A stretch of DNA of 23,828 bases from a virus (taxonomy: Duplodnaviria > Heunggongvirae > Uroviricota > Caudoviricetes). The stretch lies in the IMG/VR virus record IMGVR_UViG_2740892229_000023; one strand, 5' to 3'. The notes beneath the pieces were generated by a model that was not told where the DNA came from, did not search any database, and saw only the letters and a program-made list of their open reading frames with translations. Below, piece after piece: positions 1 to 9,394 of this stretch. Each line of letters opens with the position of its first letter. The first letter of the stretch is position 1. The position numbers were made by a program, and so were the translations under genes.

Positions 1-702
1 ATGAAAAACATCGCCGCACAGATGATTAACTTTGACCGTGAGCAGATGCGTCGGATCGCCAACAACATGCCGGAACAGTACGACGAAAAGCCGCAGGTAC
101 AGCAGGTAGCGCAGATCATCAACGGTGTATTCAGCCAGTTGCTGGCAACTTTCCCTGCGAGCCTGGCTAACCGTGACCAGAACGAACTGAACGAAATTCG
201 CCGCCAGTGGGTTCTGGCTTTCCGGGAAAACGGGATCACCACAATGGAACAGGTTAACGCTGGAATGCGCGTAGCCCGTCGGCAGAATCGACCATTCCTG
301 CCATCACCCGGGCAGTTTGTCGCCTGGTGCCGGGAAGAAGCATCCGTTACCGCCGGGCTGCCAAACGCCAGCGAGCTGGTTGATATGGTTTACGAGTATT
401 GCCGGAAGCGCGGGCTGTATCCGGATGCAGAGTCTTATCCGTGGAAATCAAACGCGCACTACTGGCTGGTTACCAACCTGTATCAGAACATGCGGGCCAA
501 TGCGTTGACTGACTCGGAATTACGGCGCAAGGCTGCCGATGAACTTGCCCATATGACTGCGAGAATTAACCGTGGTGAGGCTATACCTGAACCAGTAAAA
601 CAACTTCCTGTCATGGGCGGTAGACCTCTAAATCGTGCACAGGCTCTGACGAAGATTGCAGAAATCAAAGCTAAGTTCGGACTGAAAGGAGCCAGTGTAT
701 GA
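1..702 (+). CDS. P: Replication protein P (DnaB helicase loader), lambda-type
   Basis: 233-aa translation (MKNIAAQMINFDREQMRRIANNMPEQYDEKPQ...KFGLKGASV) matches lambda P from memory in length and sequence; ATG at window position 1. Confidence 0.85.
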   Translation: MKNIAAQMINFDREQMRRIANNMPEQYDEKPQVQQVAQIINGVFSQLLATFPASLANRDQNELNEIRRQWVLAFRENGITTMEQVNAGMRVARRQNRPFLPSPGQFVAWCREEASVTAGLPNASELVDMVYEYCRKRGLYPDAESYPWKSNAHYWLVTNLYQNMRANALTDSELRRKAADELAHMTARINRGEAIPEPVKQLPVMGGRPLNRAQALTKIAEIKAKFGLKGASV

Positions 703-992
703 CGGGAAAAGAAGCAATTATTCATTACCTGGGGACGCATAAGAGCTTCTGTGCGCAGGACGTTGCTGCGGTAACAGGCGCAACAGTAACCAGCATAAAT
801 CAGGCTGCGGCTAAAATGGCGCGGACAGGAATCTTAGTTATTGATGGTAAGGTCTGGCGAACGGTGTATTACCGGTTCGCTACCAGGGAAGAACGGGAAG
901 GAAAGGTGAGCACGAATCTGATTTTCAAGGAGTGTCGCCAGAGTGCCGCGATGAAGCGGGTGTTGGCATTTTATCGCGGCAATTTTCAATAG
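699..992 (+). CDS. ren: Ren protein (Rex exclusion resistance), lambda-type
   Basis: 97-aa translation MTGKEAIIHYLGTH...VWRTVYYRFATREEREGK... matches lambda Ren from memory; ATGA overlap with P stop. Confidence 0.8.
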   Translation: MTGKEAIIHYLGTHKSFCAQDVAAVTGATVTSINQAAAKMARTGILVIDGKVWRTVYYRFATREEREGKVSTNLIFKECRQSAAMKRVLAFYRGNFQ

Positions 993-1029
993 ACTATGTA
1001 CATAAAAATATCATTTTTTTAATACATGT

Positions 1030-1236
1030 CTAATTATTGGACGAAATTGGTTTTTGCTTTGGTTTAGTTAGCCTAGCAATCAAGCCAGAGGCAATAATGA
1101 TGATCCAAGCAATTTGATGCAATGCTACTCCAATATAAGAACCTTTATAGATAATAAAGGCATAGATCGCTAGAAACGAAATAAATATCCATAACGAAAG
1201 TTGATAAATTTTGGCGCGCATATTTAATCCAATCAA
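1030..1236 (-). CDS. Small hydrophobic membrane protein, unknown function (2 predicted TM helices)
   Basis: 68-aa ORF in an AT-rich island; hydrophobic stretches IFISFLAIYAFIIY and IAWIIIIASGLIA. No homolog recognised; start may be ATG 1221 instead. Confidence 0.35.
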   Translation of the reverse strand: MIGLNMRAKIYQLSLWIFISFLAIYAFIIYKGSYIGVALHQIAWIIIIASGLIARLTKPKQKPISSNN

Positions 1237-1477
1237 TCAGAAAGACGAGTAATCATAGAGGTACTATCACCCGGGTAACTATTGCTATTATGAACGGATA
1301 GGATAGAGGCTTCAATAACATATGCATCAAGTATGATGGAATATGTAGGTGAAAATGACTTGTGTCAAATTTGTGGAAATGAGTACCATGTTTCTCTGAA
1401 ATTGATGTCGTTAATGGCTAGTGATAGTGAACTTTTTTACTTTATAATTCCTTTGGTTATAACAATAAGGTAAATTT

Positions 1478-2038
1478 ATGAAGAAGATAATATTATTAGC
1501 CATGATTATTGGTTCTTTAACAGGTTGCGCTAGTGTGCCACCATTGAATTTTTCAACACCTAACGTGGGAGTTAGCCAGAAAAAAATAGATGCTGAAATT
1601 AAGTCATTAACGGTATCACTTGCTCGTCCAGATGAGCAGAAAGGGGATATCACTGCTGGTATGGAGGCTATAACTCCAATTTGGCGTGAATCTTTGCAGG
1701 AAGCACTCGACCGAATGACTATTTTTCGTGATAGTTCACCAAATACGGTTAGCTTAAATGTTAAAGTGTTGGCTCTTGACGTTCCTGCTTTTGGTGTTTC
1801 AATGACAACTAAAGCAATTGCAAGGTATGAAATAATCAACCGTGCGAATGGTGATATTATATATACGCAGGATATTGAGTCTACCGGTACTGTTCCAGCC
1901 AGTTACGCATTCTACGGTATTGTTCGAGCACGCGAATCTGTTAATCGCGCGGTGCAAAACAACATAACGCAGTTCTTGCAAGCATTAGAAAGTGTTGATC
2001 TTTCTCGTCCAATGTTTCCTGTTAGGGTAGCTAAATGA
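1478..2038 (+). CDS. Putative lipoprotein, unknown function
   Basis: 186-aa ORF with signal peptide and lipobox (LAMIIGSLTGC); AT-rich codon usage unlike flanking phage genes. Confidence 0.6.
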   Translation: MKKIILLAMIIGSLTGCASVPPLNFSTPNVGVSQKKIDAEIKSLTVSLARPDEQKGDITAGMEAITPIWRESLQEALDRMTIFRDSSPNTVSLNVKVLALDVPAFGVSMTTKAIARYEIINRANGDIIYTQDIESTGTVPASYAFYGIVRARESVNRAVQNNITQFLQALESVDLSRPMFPVRVAK

Positions 2039-2487
2039 AGCGATTATTCGTAATTGCTCCACTCTTAGTGTTGGTTGGATGCGCACAAAATATATCGCCA
2101 AATAGTTATTCTGTTGGCTCTGTGGGCATGGTTAATCGAACTATCGCTGGTACAGTTATTAGTGCTAGGGGGGTTGATATCAGTGGGACTTCCGCGTTAG
2201 GCGGGACTGCTGGGGCTGCCGTGGGGGCAACCGCTGGTTCTGCGCTTGGTGGGGGAGTTCGTTCTAATATCGTTGGTGCCGTTGGTGGTGCAGTCATTGG
2301 TGGTATTGCCGGGGCAGCAATCGAATCTTCAGCAACAAAACAAACAGGCATGGAATATGTTGTCGAAACTGAGAATGGGAATTTAATGACCATTGTTCAA
2401 GGCAAAGATCCGTTATTTACTCAAGGAAGTAAGGTCCTTGTTTTATACGGAAACCCTTCTCGCATAATAACAGACCCGCGTCACTAA
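2035..2487 (+). CDS. Glycine-zipper outer-membrane lipoprotein (SlyB/Pcp-like)
   Basis: 150-aa ORF with lipobox (LLVLVGC), Gly/Ala-rich zipper (GGTAGAAVGATAGSALGGG...GAVGGAVIGGIAGAAI) and a SlyB-like C-terminus; start overlaps upstream stop (ATGA). Confidence 0.65.
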   Translation: MKRLFVIAPLLVLVGCAQNISPNSYSVGSVGMVNRTIAGTVISARGVDISGTSALGGTAGAAVGATAGSALGGGVRSNIVGAVGGAVIGGIAGAAIESSATKQTGMEYVVETENGNLMTIVQGKDPLFTQGSKVLVLYGNPSRIITDPRH

Positions 2488-2677
2488 CATACCTTTTGAT
2501 TTTGTAAAATCAATTCGTAATAATAAAGTCATCGGAGCTTGAACAACTCCGGTGACTTCTGCGCTAAACGGGGACGTTTATGCGCACATACAATCCAAAC
2601 TCTCTTCTCCCTTCACAGATGCAGAAATGCACCTGCGATTTTTTGCATCCAGCGTCTGACCTCTGCGGAGGTGAAGC

Positions 2678-3133
2678 GTGAACCTACCACAAGATGGCAT
2701 CAAACTGCATCGCGGTAACTTCACCGCTATCGGCCAGCAGATCCAGCCTTATCTGGAGGACGGAAAATGCTTTCGCATGGTGCTTAAACCGTGGCGTGAG
2801 AAACGCAGTCTTTCCCAGAATGCACTCAGCCACATGTGGTACAGCGAAATCAGTGAATACCTCATCAGCAGGGGGAAATCGTTCGCTACCGCAGCATGGG
2901 TAAAAGATGCTCTCAAACACACATACCTCGGTTATGAAACCAAGGACCTGGTTGATGTCGTAACCGGCGAAATCACTACTATCCAGTCGTTACGCCATAC
3001 TTCCGATCTTGATACCGGAGAGATGTATGTCTTCCTGTGTAAGGTTGAAGCCTGGGCGATGAATATTGGCTGCCACCTGACTATTCCGCAGAGCTGCGAG
3101 TTCCAGCTGCTGCGCGACAAGCAGGAGGCGTAA
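2678..3133 (+). CDS. ybcN: YbcN-like nin-region protein (DLP12 YbcN family)
   Basis: 151-aa translation from GTG 2678 ([19 protein letters not shown]...QLLRDKQEA) matches remembered E. coli YbcN. Confidence 0.75.
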   Translation: MNLPQDGIKLHRGNFTAIGQQIQPYLEDGKCFRMVLKPWREKRSLSQNALSHMWYSEISEYLISRGKSFATAAWVKDALKHTYLGYETKDLVDVVTGEITTIQSLRHTSDLDTGEMYVFLCKVEAWAMNIGCHLTIPQSCEFQLLRDKQEA

Positions 3134-3303
3134 TGGCTACACCGCTTATTCGTGTCATGAACGGACACATCTACAGAGTACCAAATCGTCGTAAGCGTAA
3201 GCCTGAGCTGAAGCCATCCGAAATACCAACACTGCTCGGATATACCGCTAGCCTGGTTGATAAAAAATGGTTGCGACTGGCAGCAAGGAGGAATCATGGC
3301 TGA
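3133..3303 (+). CDS. ninE: NinE-like small protein
   Basis: 56-codon ORF below the track cutoff ([56 protein letters not shown]); position and C-terminal motif resemble NinE. Confidence 0.6.
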   Translation: MATPLIRVMNGHIYRVPNRRKRKPELKPSEIPTLLGYTASLVDKKWLRLAARRNHG

Positions 3304-3586
3304 TTTGAGAAAAGCAGCGCGTGGTCGGGAATGCCAGGTAAGAATCACTGGCGTATGTAATGGCAACCCTGAAACGTCTGTACTGGCACATATCCGGCTG
3401 GCTGGATTGTGCGGCACCGGTATTAAACCGCCAGACCTTATTGCCACCATTGCCTGTTCTGCCTGTCACGACGAAATCGACCGCCGCACGCATTTTGTCG
3501 ATGCTGAGTACGCAAAAGAATGCGCGCTGGAAGGTATGGCGAGAACGCAGGTTATCTGGCTGAAAGAGGGGGTAATCAAGGCGTGA
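3296..3586 (+). CDS. ybcO: YbcO-like nin-region protein
   Basis: 96-aa ORF from ATG 3296 ([23 protein letters not shown]...), Cys-rich; matches remembered DLP12 YbcO. Confidence 0.75.
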   Translation: MADLRKAARGRECQVRITGVCNGNPETSVLAHIRLAGLCGTGIKPPDLIATIACSACHDEIDRRTHFVDAEYAKECALEGMARTQVIWLKEGVIKA

Positions 3587-3945
3587 ATACTTACCACATC
3601 ACACTACCCTGGCCTCCGAGCAATAACCGCTATTACCGCCATAATCGCGGGCGCACACACATCAGCGCAGAAGGGCAGGCATACCGCGATAACGTCACCC
3701 GAATCATTAAAAACGCAATGCTGGATATCGGCCTGGCTATGCCAGTGAAAATCCGTATTGAGTGCCACATGCCGGATCGCCGTCGCCGTGACCTGGATAA
3801 TCTGCAAAAGGCCGCTTTTGACGCACTCACCAAAGCAGGTTTCTGGCTGGATGATGCTCAGGTCGTTGATTACCGCGTTGTGAAGATGCCTGTTACCAAA
3901 GGTGGGAGGCTGGAACTGACCATCACCGAAATGGGGAATGAATGA
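3583..3945 (+). CDS. rusA: Holliday junction resolvase RusA
   Basis: GTG 3583; 120-aa translation [25 protein letters not shown]...[25 protein letters not shown] matches RusA. Confidence 0.9.
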   Translation: MNTYHITLPWPPSNNRYYRHNRGRTHISAEGQAYRDNVTRIIKNAMLDIGLAMPVKIRIECHMPDRRRRDLDNLQKAAFDALTKAGFWLDDAQVVDYRVVKMPVTKGGRLELTITEMGNE

Positions 3946-4082
3946 TGTTTGAGTCTTATATGGCAGAGCGTCTTCGCCGCCGCTGGGTGCGCCTGCGCTT
4001 ATATCGTTTTCCTGGTTCTGTTTTGACCGATTACCGGATACTGAAGAATTACGCCAAAACCCTGACAGGAGCAGGAGTATGA
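3942..4082 (+). CDS. ylcG: YlcG-like small protein
   Basis: 46-codon ORF ([46 protein letters not shown]) overlapping rusA stop; conserved position between rusA and Q. Confidence 0.6.
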   Translation: MMFESYMAERLRRRWVRLRLYRFPGSVLTDYRILKNYAKTLTGAGV

Positions 4083-4167
4083 AGTCAGAGATAACAATCA
4101 ACTAATACTATTTTGTTGATTTTTGCTTGTAATTGGCGTTCTGGTCTGATTTTTGTGGAGTAAGTTG

Positions 4168-4551
4168 ATGCGTGATATTCAGATGGTTCTTGAGCGTTGG
4201 GGAGCGTGGGCGGCTAATAATCATGAAGATGTGACCTGGTCGTCCATTGCCGCCGGTTTTAAGGGATTAATTACTTCAAAAGTAAAATCTCGCCCGCAAT
4301 GTTGTGACGATGACGCGATGATCATTTGCGGGTGCATGGCCCGTCTGAAAAAGAACAACAGCGATTTGCACGATTTATTAGTAGATTATTATGTAGTCGG
4401 TATGACATTCATGTCACTGGCAGGTAAGCATTGCTGCTCTGATGGTTATATCGGGAAAAGGTTACAGAAGGCTGAGGGTATAATTGAAGGGATGTTAATG
4501 GCATTAGATATCCGGTTAGAGATGGATATCGTTGTTAATAACTCTAATTAA
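4168..4551 (+). CDS. quuD: Late gene antiterminator Q (QuuD-type)
   Basis: 127-aa translation [24 protein letters not shown]...[16 protein letters not shown] matches DLP12 QuuD. Confidence 0.85.
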   Translation: MRDIQMVLERWGAWAANNHEDVTWSSIAAGFKGLITSKVKSRPQCCDDDAMIICGCMARLKKNNSDLHDLLVDYYVVGMTFMSLAGKHCCSDGYIGKRLQKAEGIIEGMLMALDIRLEMDIVVNNSN

Positions 4552-4740
4552 TATGCCAGTTGTTTACTAAAAGTTATTAAAAATGGGGCGTTGCAACGCC
4601 CCCAAAAATAAAGGGTAATATATAACAGAAGGTTTATATAGTTAGAAGCAAGGTTGTGCTCCTAAAGGAAGTGGCTTGAGGGAGCCACTTATATGTTGGG
4701 GAGGCAAAGCCTCCCGCAACATATCTTTTTCGTAATCAGA

Positions 4741-5838
4741 TTAGAACTGGTAAACCAGACCTACAGCAACGATGTCATCAGTGCTTACACCGAGTGCTTT
4801 AGTGAAGTCATTTTTGTCAAGCAGGTTGATTTTGTAATCAACGAAAGTAGACATATTTTTGTTGAAGTAATAGGTTGCACCTACATCAACATATTTGACT
4901 AAGTCCTGATCGCCCCATACTCCAAGATCCTTACCTTTAGATTGCAGGTAAGCAACGGACGGACGCAGACCGAAATCGAACTGATATTGTGCAACAGCTT
5001 CGAAGTTTTGAGCTTTATTAGCAACGAAGTGATCAGCAAATACAGTCATATTCTGGGTTTCAGAATAGGTAGTGGCCAGGTAAATGTTGTTAGCGTCATA
5101 TTTCAGACCTGCGGCCCAAACTTCTGCATTTTTACCGGAAGCAAATACTTCAGGAAGAACTTTCCCTGCATTAACTTGAGTGTCGGTACGATCAGATTTC
5201 GCATAAGTTGCACCGATACCGAATCCTTCGTATTCATAGGTAGCAGAGAAACCGAAGCCATCACCGTTACCTTCAGTGTAGTTATCGAAATCGCTACGAT
5301 CGTTTTTGCCTTGGTACTGAGCAGCAAAGTTCAGACCATCAACCAGACCAAAGAAGTCGTTGTTACGATAGGTTGCAACACCAGTGGTACGACCAGTCAT
5401 GAACACATCTGTTTGGGTCCAGGTATCGCCACCGAATTCTGGCAGAACGTCAGTCCACGCACCGATGTCGTATGCTACACCGTAGTTACGGCCGTAATCG
5501 ATTGAGCCGTAGTCACCGAATTTCAGGCCTGCAAATGCAAGACGGGTTTTGTCTTTGGAGGAACCTTGAGATTCAGCGCGGTTGCCTTTGAATTCATATT
5601 CCCACTGACCGAAACCAGTCAGCTGATCGTTGATTTGGGTTTCACCTTTGAAGCCAAGACGGGCATAAGTAGTATCACCATCATCTGCATCATTAGAGGA
5701 GAAGTAGTGCTTAGCATTAACTTTCCCGTACAGATCCAGCTTGTTACTGTCTTTATTATAAATTTCAGCTGCCTGAGCAGACATCGCCATCAGTACTGAT
5801 GCAGCTACAGCAGAAATTGCCACTGTTAATTTTTTCAT
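4741..5838 (-). CDS. nmpC: Outer membrane porin NmpC/OmpD family, intact
   Basis: 365 aa with signal peptide ([23 protein letters not shown]), porin beta-barrel motifs and C-terminal ...GLVYQF; lysogenic-conversion moron between Q and lysis genes. Confidence 0.9.
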   Translation of the reverse strand: MKKLTVAISAVAASVLMAMSAQAAEIYNKDSNKLDLYGKVNAKHYFSSNDADDGDTTYARLGFKGETQINDQLTGFGQWEYEFKGNRAESQGSSKDKTRLAFAGLKFGDYGSIDYGRNYGVAYDIGAWTDVLPEFGGDTWTQTDVFMTGRTTGVATYRNNDFFGLVDGLNFAAQYQGKNDRSDFDNYTEGNGDGFGFSATYEYEGFGIGATYAKSDRTDTQVNAGKVLPEVFASGKNAEVWAAGLKYDANNIYLATTYSETQNMTVFADHFVANKAQNFEAVAQYQFDFGLRPSVAYLQSKGKDLGVWGDQDLVKYVDVGATYYFNKNMSTFVDYKINLLDKNDFTKALGVSTDDIVAVGLVYQF

Positions 5839-6189
5839 CGTGAGCCCTTTTTTTTGAACTATTATTAAAAAATGATGTCACTGCGCGATAAATATTCATC
5901 TAATCAATGTGATTATTTCAAGATGTAAGTTTTGGTTTCTCGTTTGATTTGTGAAGTAGATCTCTATTTTTATCTGAACTTTTTTCTATCGAATCCTATT
6001 TATAGCTCTTGGCTGAATAAAAATAAATCTATTAGCCAATTTATATTAACGGCTGTTATTTATAAGTGCTCTATAATTTGAAGGTTCAATTTAAATCGGC
6101 TAAAAATAACACTGGAAATTATTTGTTGGTTATTTGTTGAGATTTGCTTATGTATTTGTAGTGGTGTTTTCAATACTCGGTAGCATTCT

Positions 6190-6240
6190 CGCAAATATCA
6201 TTTAGTGGTTTACGTACGTAAAAAATTGGTTATGCTGTTA
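6190..6240 (+). promoter_or_regulatory. Candidate late promoter PR' and Q-utilisation region of prophage 1
   Basis: -10-like TATGCT (6231..6236) just upstream of a short transcribed region ending in a terminator; the block is conserved in inverted orientation at 9395..9460. Confidence 0.35.
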
Positions 6241-6264
6241 AGAGTGGTTACTTCGTCACACAGC

Positions 6265-6299
6265 TTAAACCCGCCGTCGAGCGGGTTTTTCCATTTTTT
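6265..6299 (+). terminator. Intrinsic terminator (tR'-like) upstream of holin
   Basis: Hairpin AAACCCGCCGTCGAGCGGGTTTTT (6267..6290) followed by a T-tract. Confidence 0.55.
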
Positions 6300-6411
6300 G
6301 AGTCTCGATATTAGCTGATAACCCAATACCTGAGTTATTCACTGACTCCGAGTCTGTTACGTTTCGTAGTATTCCCTCAATTTACACCCGCTTTGTCTGC
6401 GAGGTGGGGTT

Positions 6412-6623
6412 ATGAAATCCATGGATAAGTTAACAACGGGTGTCGCCTATGGCACCTCAGCAGGTAGTGCCGGGTACTGGTTTTTACAGCTGCTAGATAA
6501 AGTCACGCCCTCACAGTGGGCGGCAATTGGAGTGCTGGGTAGCCTGGTATTTGGCCTGCTGACGTACCTGACAAACCTTTATTTCAAGATTNNNNNNNNN
6601 NTAAGGCTGCGAGAGGTGAATAA
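6412..6623 (+). CDS. essD: Class II holin (EssD-like), copy 1, interrupted by a 10-N gap
   Basis: [60 protein letters not shown] then N-run; stop overlaps lysozyme start (TAATG). Confidence 0.8.
6592..6601. other. Assembly gap (10 N) inside holin copy 1
   Basis: Run of exactly 10 N. Confidence 0.95.
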
Positions 6624-7120
6624 TGTCGCCATCATTACGCAAGGCTGTAGCAGCTGCTATTGGTGGTGGGGCTGTTGCCATAGCGTCTGTGCTCATCACT
6701 GGTCCGAGTGGTGACGATGGTCTGGAAGGTGTCAGCTACATACCATATAAAGATATTGTTGGTGTATGGACTGTATGTCACGGGCATACAGGAAAAGACA
6801 TCATGCTCGGTAAAACGTATACCAAAGCAGAATGCAAAGCACTCTTGAATAAAGACCTTGCCACTGTCGCCAGATAAATTAACCCATACATCGAAGTCGA
6901 TATACCGGAAACAACGCGCGGCGCTCTTTACTCATTCGTTTACAACGTGGGTGCTGGCAATTTCAGAACATCGACGCTTCTTCGCAAAATAAACCAGGGC
7001 GATATCAAAGGCGCATGTGATCAGTTACGTCGCTGGACATATGCTGGCGGTAAGCAATGGAAAGGTCTCATGACTCGTCGTGAGATTGAGCGTGAAATCT
7101 GTTTGTGGGGTCAGCAATGA
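6623..7120 (+). pseudogene. rrrD: Phage lysozyme (RrrD-like) copy 1 with an in-frame TAA at 6875..6877
   Basis: Frame reads [16 protein letters not shown]...KDLATVAR, then TAA, then continues in the same frame [29 protein letters not shown]...CLWGQQ to 7120. Confidence 0.65.
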
Positions 7121-7301
7121 ACAGAGTAACCGCGATTATCTCCGCTCTGGTTATCTGCATCATCGTCGGCCTGTCATGGGCTGTTAATCATTACCGTGAT
7201 AACGCCATTACCTACAAAGCCCAGCGCGACAAAAATGCCAGAGAACTGAAGCTGGCGAACGCGGCAATTACTGACATGCAGATGCGTCAGCGTGATGTTG
7301 C
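7117..7301 (+). CDS. rzpD: Rz spanin (RzpD-like), N-terminal fragment truncated by gap
   Basis: [61 protein letters not shown] then N-run; ATGA overlap with lysozyme stop. Confidence 0.75.
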
Positions 7302-7311
7302 NNNNNNNNNN
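7302..7311. other. Assembly gap (10 N) joining + strand Rz to the inverted lysozyme copy
   Basis: Run of exactly 10 N. Confidence 0.95.
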
Positions 7312-7554
7312 AGTGGCAAGGTCTTTATTCAAGAGTGCTTTGCATTCTGCTTTGGTATACGTTTTACCGAGCATGATGTCTTTTCCTGTATGCCCGTGAC
7401 ATACGGTCCATACACCAACAATATCTTTGTATGGTATGTAGCTGACACCTTCCAGACCATCGTTACCACTTGGGCCAGTGATTAACACTGATGCTATAGC
7501 AATTGCTCCGCCACCAATAGCAGCAGCAACGGCTTTTCGTAATGATGGAGGCAT
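7312..7554 (-). CDS. Phage lysozyme (RrrD-like) copy 2, N-terminal 81 codons, truncated by gap
   Basis: [39 protein letters not shown]...NKDLAT then N-run; differs from copy 1 at several positions. Confidence 0.8.
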
Positions 7555-7765
7555 TATTCACCTCTCGCAGCCTTGCGCTTATCTTCTTTAATCTTGAAAT
7601 AAAGGTTTGTCAGGTACGTCAGCAGGCCAAATACCNNNNNNNNNNACCTATTGCTGCCCACTGTGAGGGCGTGACTTTATCGAGCAACTGTAAAAACCAG
7701 TACCCGGCACTACCTGCTGAGGTGCCATAGGCGACACCCGTTGTTAACTTATCCATGGATTTCAT
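7554..7765 (-). CDS. Class II holin copy 2, interrupted by a 10-N gap
   Basis: [40 protein letters not shown], gap, then ...[13 protein letters not shown] by reverse-complement reading; a distinct allele from copy 1. Confidence 0.8.
7636..7645. other. Assembly gap (10 N) inside holin copy 2
   Basis: Run of exactly 10 N. Confidence 0.95.
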
Positions 7766-7832
7766 AACCCCACCTCGCAGATGCGGGTGCTGTGTAATGG
7801 AAATAAAAAGGCCACCTGACGTGGCCACCAGA

Positions 7833-8885
7833 TTATTTCCCCACCAGCTCGTTTATCTCTTTCACTGTCTGGTTAAACCGCTCTGACTCAAGCTCAACAC
7901 CTAAGGCCCGACGCCCCAGCGCCATTGCTGCTTTTATTGTGGAACCGGATCCCATAAAAAAATCAGCAACCAGATCACCAGGTCGACTACTGGCATTGAT
8001 TATTTGCCTGAGCATATCCGCCGGTTTCTCACACGGATGTTTACCCGGGTAGAACTGAACGGGTTTATGCATCCAGACATCGGTATAAGGCACGGAGACT
8101 GATACGGAGAAATAGCGCCGGAGAGATTTAAACTCATCCAGCAATTCAGAATATTTGCGATTCAGTGAATCATAAGATGCCACCAGCTGGTGGTGTGGTT
8201 GTTCCAGTTGTTGTTCCTGAAACTTCTCTGCCGCTATACGGGAAAACAGTGCCTGTAACTTCCGATAGTCAGCCTCATTCGGCAACTGCCACTGACTGGC
8301 ACCAAACCAGTGGGAAACCATATTTTTCTTACCTGTGGCTTCGGCAATTTGTTTTGCCGTTATACCCAGTTCGGCACGAGCATCCCTGAAATACGATATC
8401 AGCGGTGCCATTATGTGCTGTTTGAGTTCCCTTTCTTTTGCTGCATAGCCGTCACTTTTGCCGCGATATGGCCCCTGGTAATGTTCAGCAAACAGAACGC
8501 GCTCTGTGGCAGGAAAATATGCGCGCAGACTTTCTTTATTACACCCATTCCAACGTCCGGACGGCTTCGCCCAGATGATATGGTTAAGCACGTTGAAACG
8601 TTCACGCATCATGATCTCAATATCAGATGCCAGGCGATGCCCACAGAACAGGTAAAGGCTTCCGGCAGGTTTTAACACCCGCCAGAACTGGGCCAGACAG
8701 TGGTCCAGCCACTTAAGGTAATCTTCGTCCCCTTTCCACTGATTGTCCCAGCCGTTGGGTTTCACCTTGAAGTACGGCGGATCGGTAACAATCAGGTCAA
8801 TGGAATCATCAGGCAGGGACTGAATAAAATGCAGGCAATCAGCGTTGATTAAATCAACACTGTTTATTTTTACAGTATTTTTCAT
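7833..8885 (-). CDS. Phage DNA methyltransferase (N6-adenine/N4-cytosine family, DPPY motif)
   Basis: 350 aa; motif [11 protein letters not shown] near the N-terminus and motif I FMGSGST near the C-terminus. Confidence 0.85.
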
Positions 8886-9035
8886 GGATCAGTAAGCGTA
8901 ACTCTGGTAGGCTCACTCTGCTTTTGCGCTAAAGCAGTGGGCCGTGGTTCGCTTGTGACCAGTAAGCATGAGCGAATGGCTGGCAGGTGCTACCAACACC
9001 CACCAGCCGCCCATTTTCACAGCAGGAAACCGCCA

Positions 9036-9263
9036 TTACTGGCAGCGTCTGAATTTATTCCCGTACCCGCCGTTATCCTTCGCCAGACCCGCCAGAACTA
9101 ACTGAGTCAGTATTAACTGGCACCGGGCTTCGCTTACTCCGGTAGTTCTCGTCATCATGCGTGGCGTTACCCACTTGTCAGCAGGTAAGAAATGAAGGAC
9201 TGCGGCGGCGGTTTCTGTCATATCTTGCTGTTTTAGCATGTCTTTTTCCCTTCTGGTTAACAT
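9036..9263 (-). CDS. Hypothetical small protein upstream of methyltransferase
   Basis: 75-aa ORF in phage orientation between the late terminator and the methylase; no homolog recognised. Confidence 0.3.
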   Translation of the reverse strand: MLTRREKDMLKQQDMTETAAAVLHFLPADKWVTPRMMTRTTGVSEARCQLILTQLVLAGLAKDNGGYGNKFRRCQ

Positions 9264-9361
9264 GACATACCAATAACTCTTGTCTAAAAAGCCAGCAAGA
9301 TAAAAAGCCAGTATTCACGACCACCAGCGTGTTTACTGTACTGCACCAGGTTTACAGGTAC

Positions 9362-9390
9362 AAAAAAACCGCTCAGCGGCGGGTTTAAGT
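9362..9390 (-). terminator. Intrinsic terminator (tR'-like) of prophage 2
   Basis: Reverse complement gives AAACCCGCCGCTGAGCGGTTTTTTT; homologous to the 6265..6299 terminator. Confidence 0.55.
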
Positions 9391-9394
9391 TGTG

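Larger units (their letters stand above)
1..7301 (+). mobile_element. Lambdoid prophage segment 1 (lambda/DLP12-like replication, nin, Q and lysis modules); right boundary undefined because of assembly gaps
   Basis: Contiguous + strand run of phage genes P, ren, ybcN, ninE, ybcO, rusA, ylcG, Q, holin, lysozyme, Rz, recognised from the translations. Confidence 0.8.

Noticed and set aside
317-740. Track ORFs 317..508 (+) and 483..740 (-) inside the P gene
   Set aside because: Alternative or antisense frames within the well-supported replication protein P gene.
2106-2393. 95-aa Pro/Ala-rich - strand ORF
   Set aside because: Reverse-complement shadow of the Gly/Ala-rich glycine-zipper lipoprotein gene.
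4552-4740. Toxin, tRNA or other cargo genes between Q and nmpC in prophage 1
   Set aside because: The interval holds only hairpins consistent with terminators and no protein-like ORF or tRNA-like fold.
4693-5799. + strand ORFs inside the nmpC coding region (4693..4902, 4942..5505, 5566..5799) and the - strand ORF 5103..5327
   Set aside because: Antisense or alternative frames within a well-supported porin gene, with odd composition.
4741-5838. Insertion element interrupting nmpC, as I recall for K-12
   Set aside because: The reading frame is continuous over 365 codons with no inverted repeats or transposase ORF.
6412-7828. Track ORFs that read across N-runs (6412..6714, 6511..6699, 7105..7485, 7174..7554, 7542..7730, 7619..7828), including apparent fusions of Rz with antisense lysozyme
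   Set aside because: They span assembly gaps or are antisense read-through of the inverted copy; only the gap-delimited holin, lysozyme and Rz segments are real.
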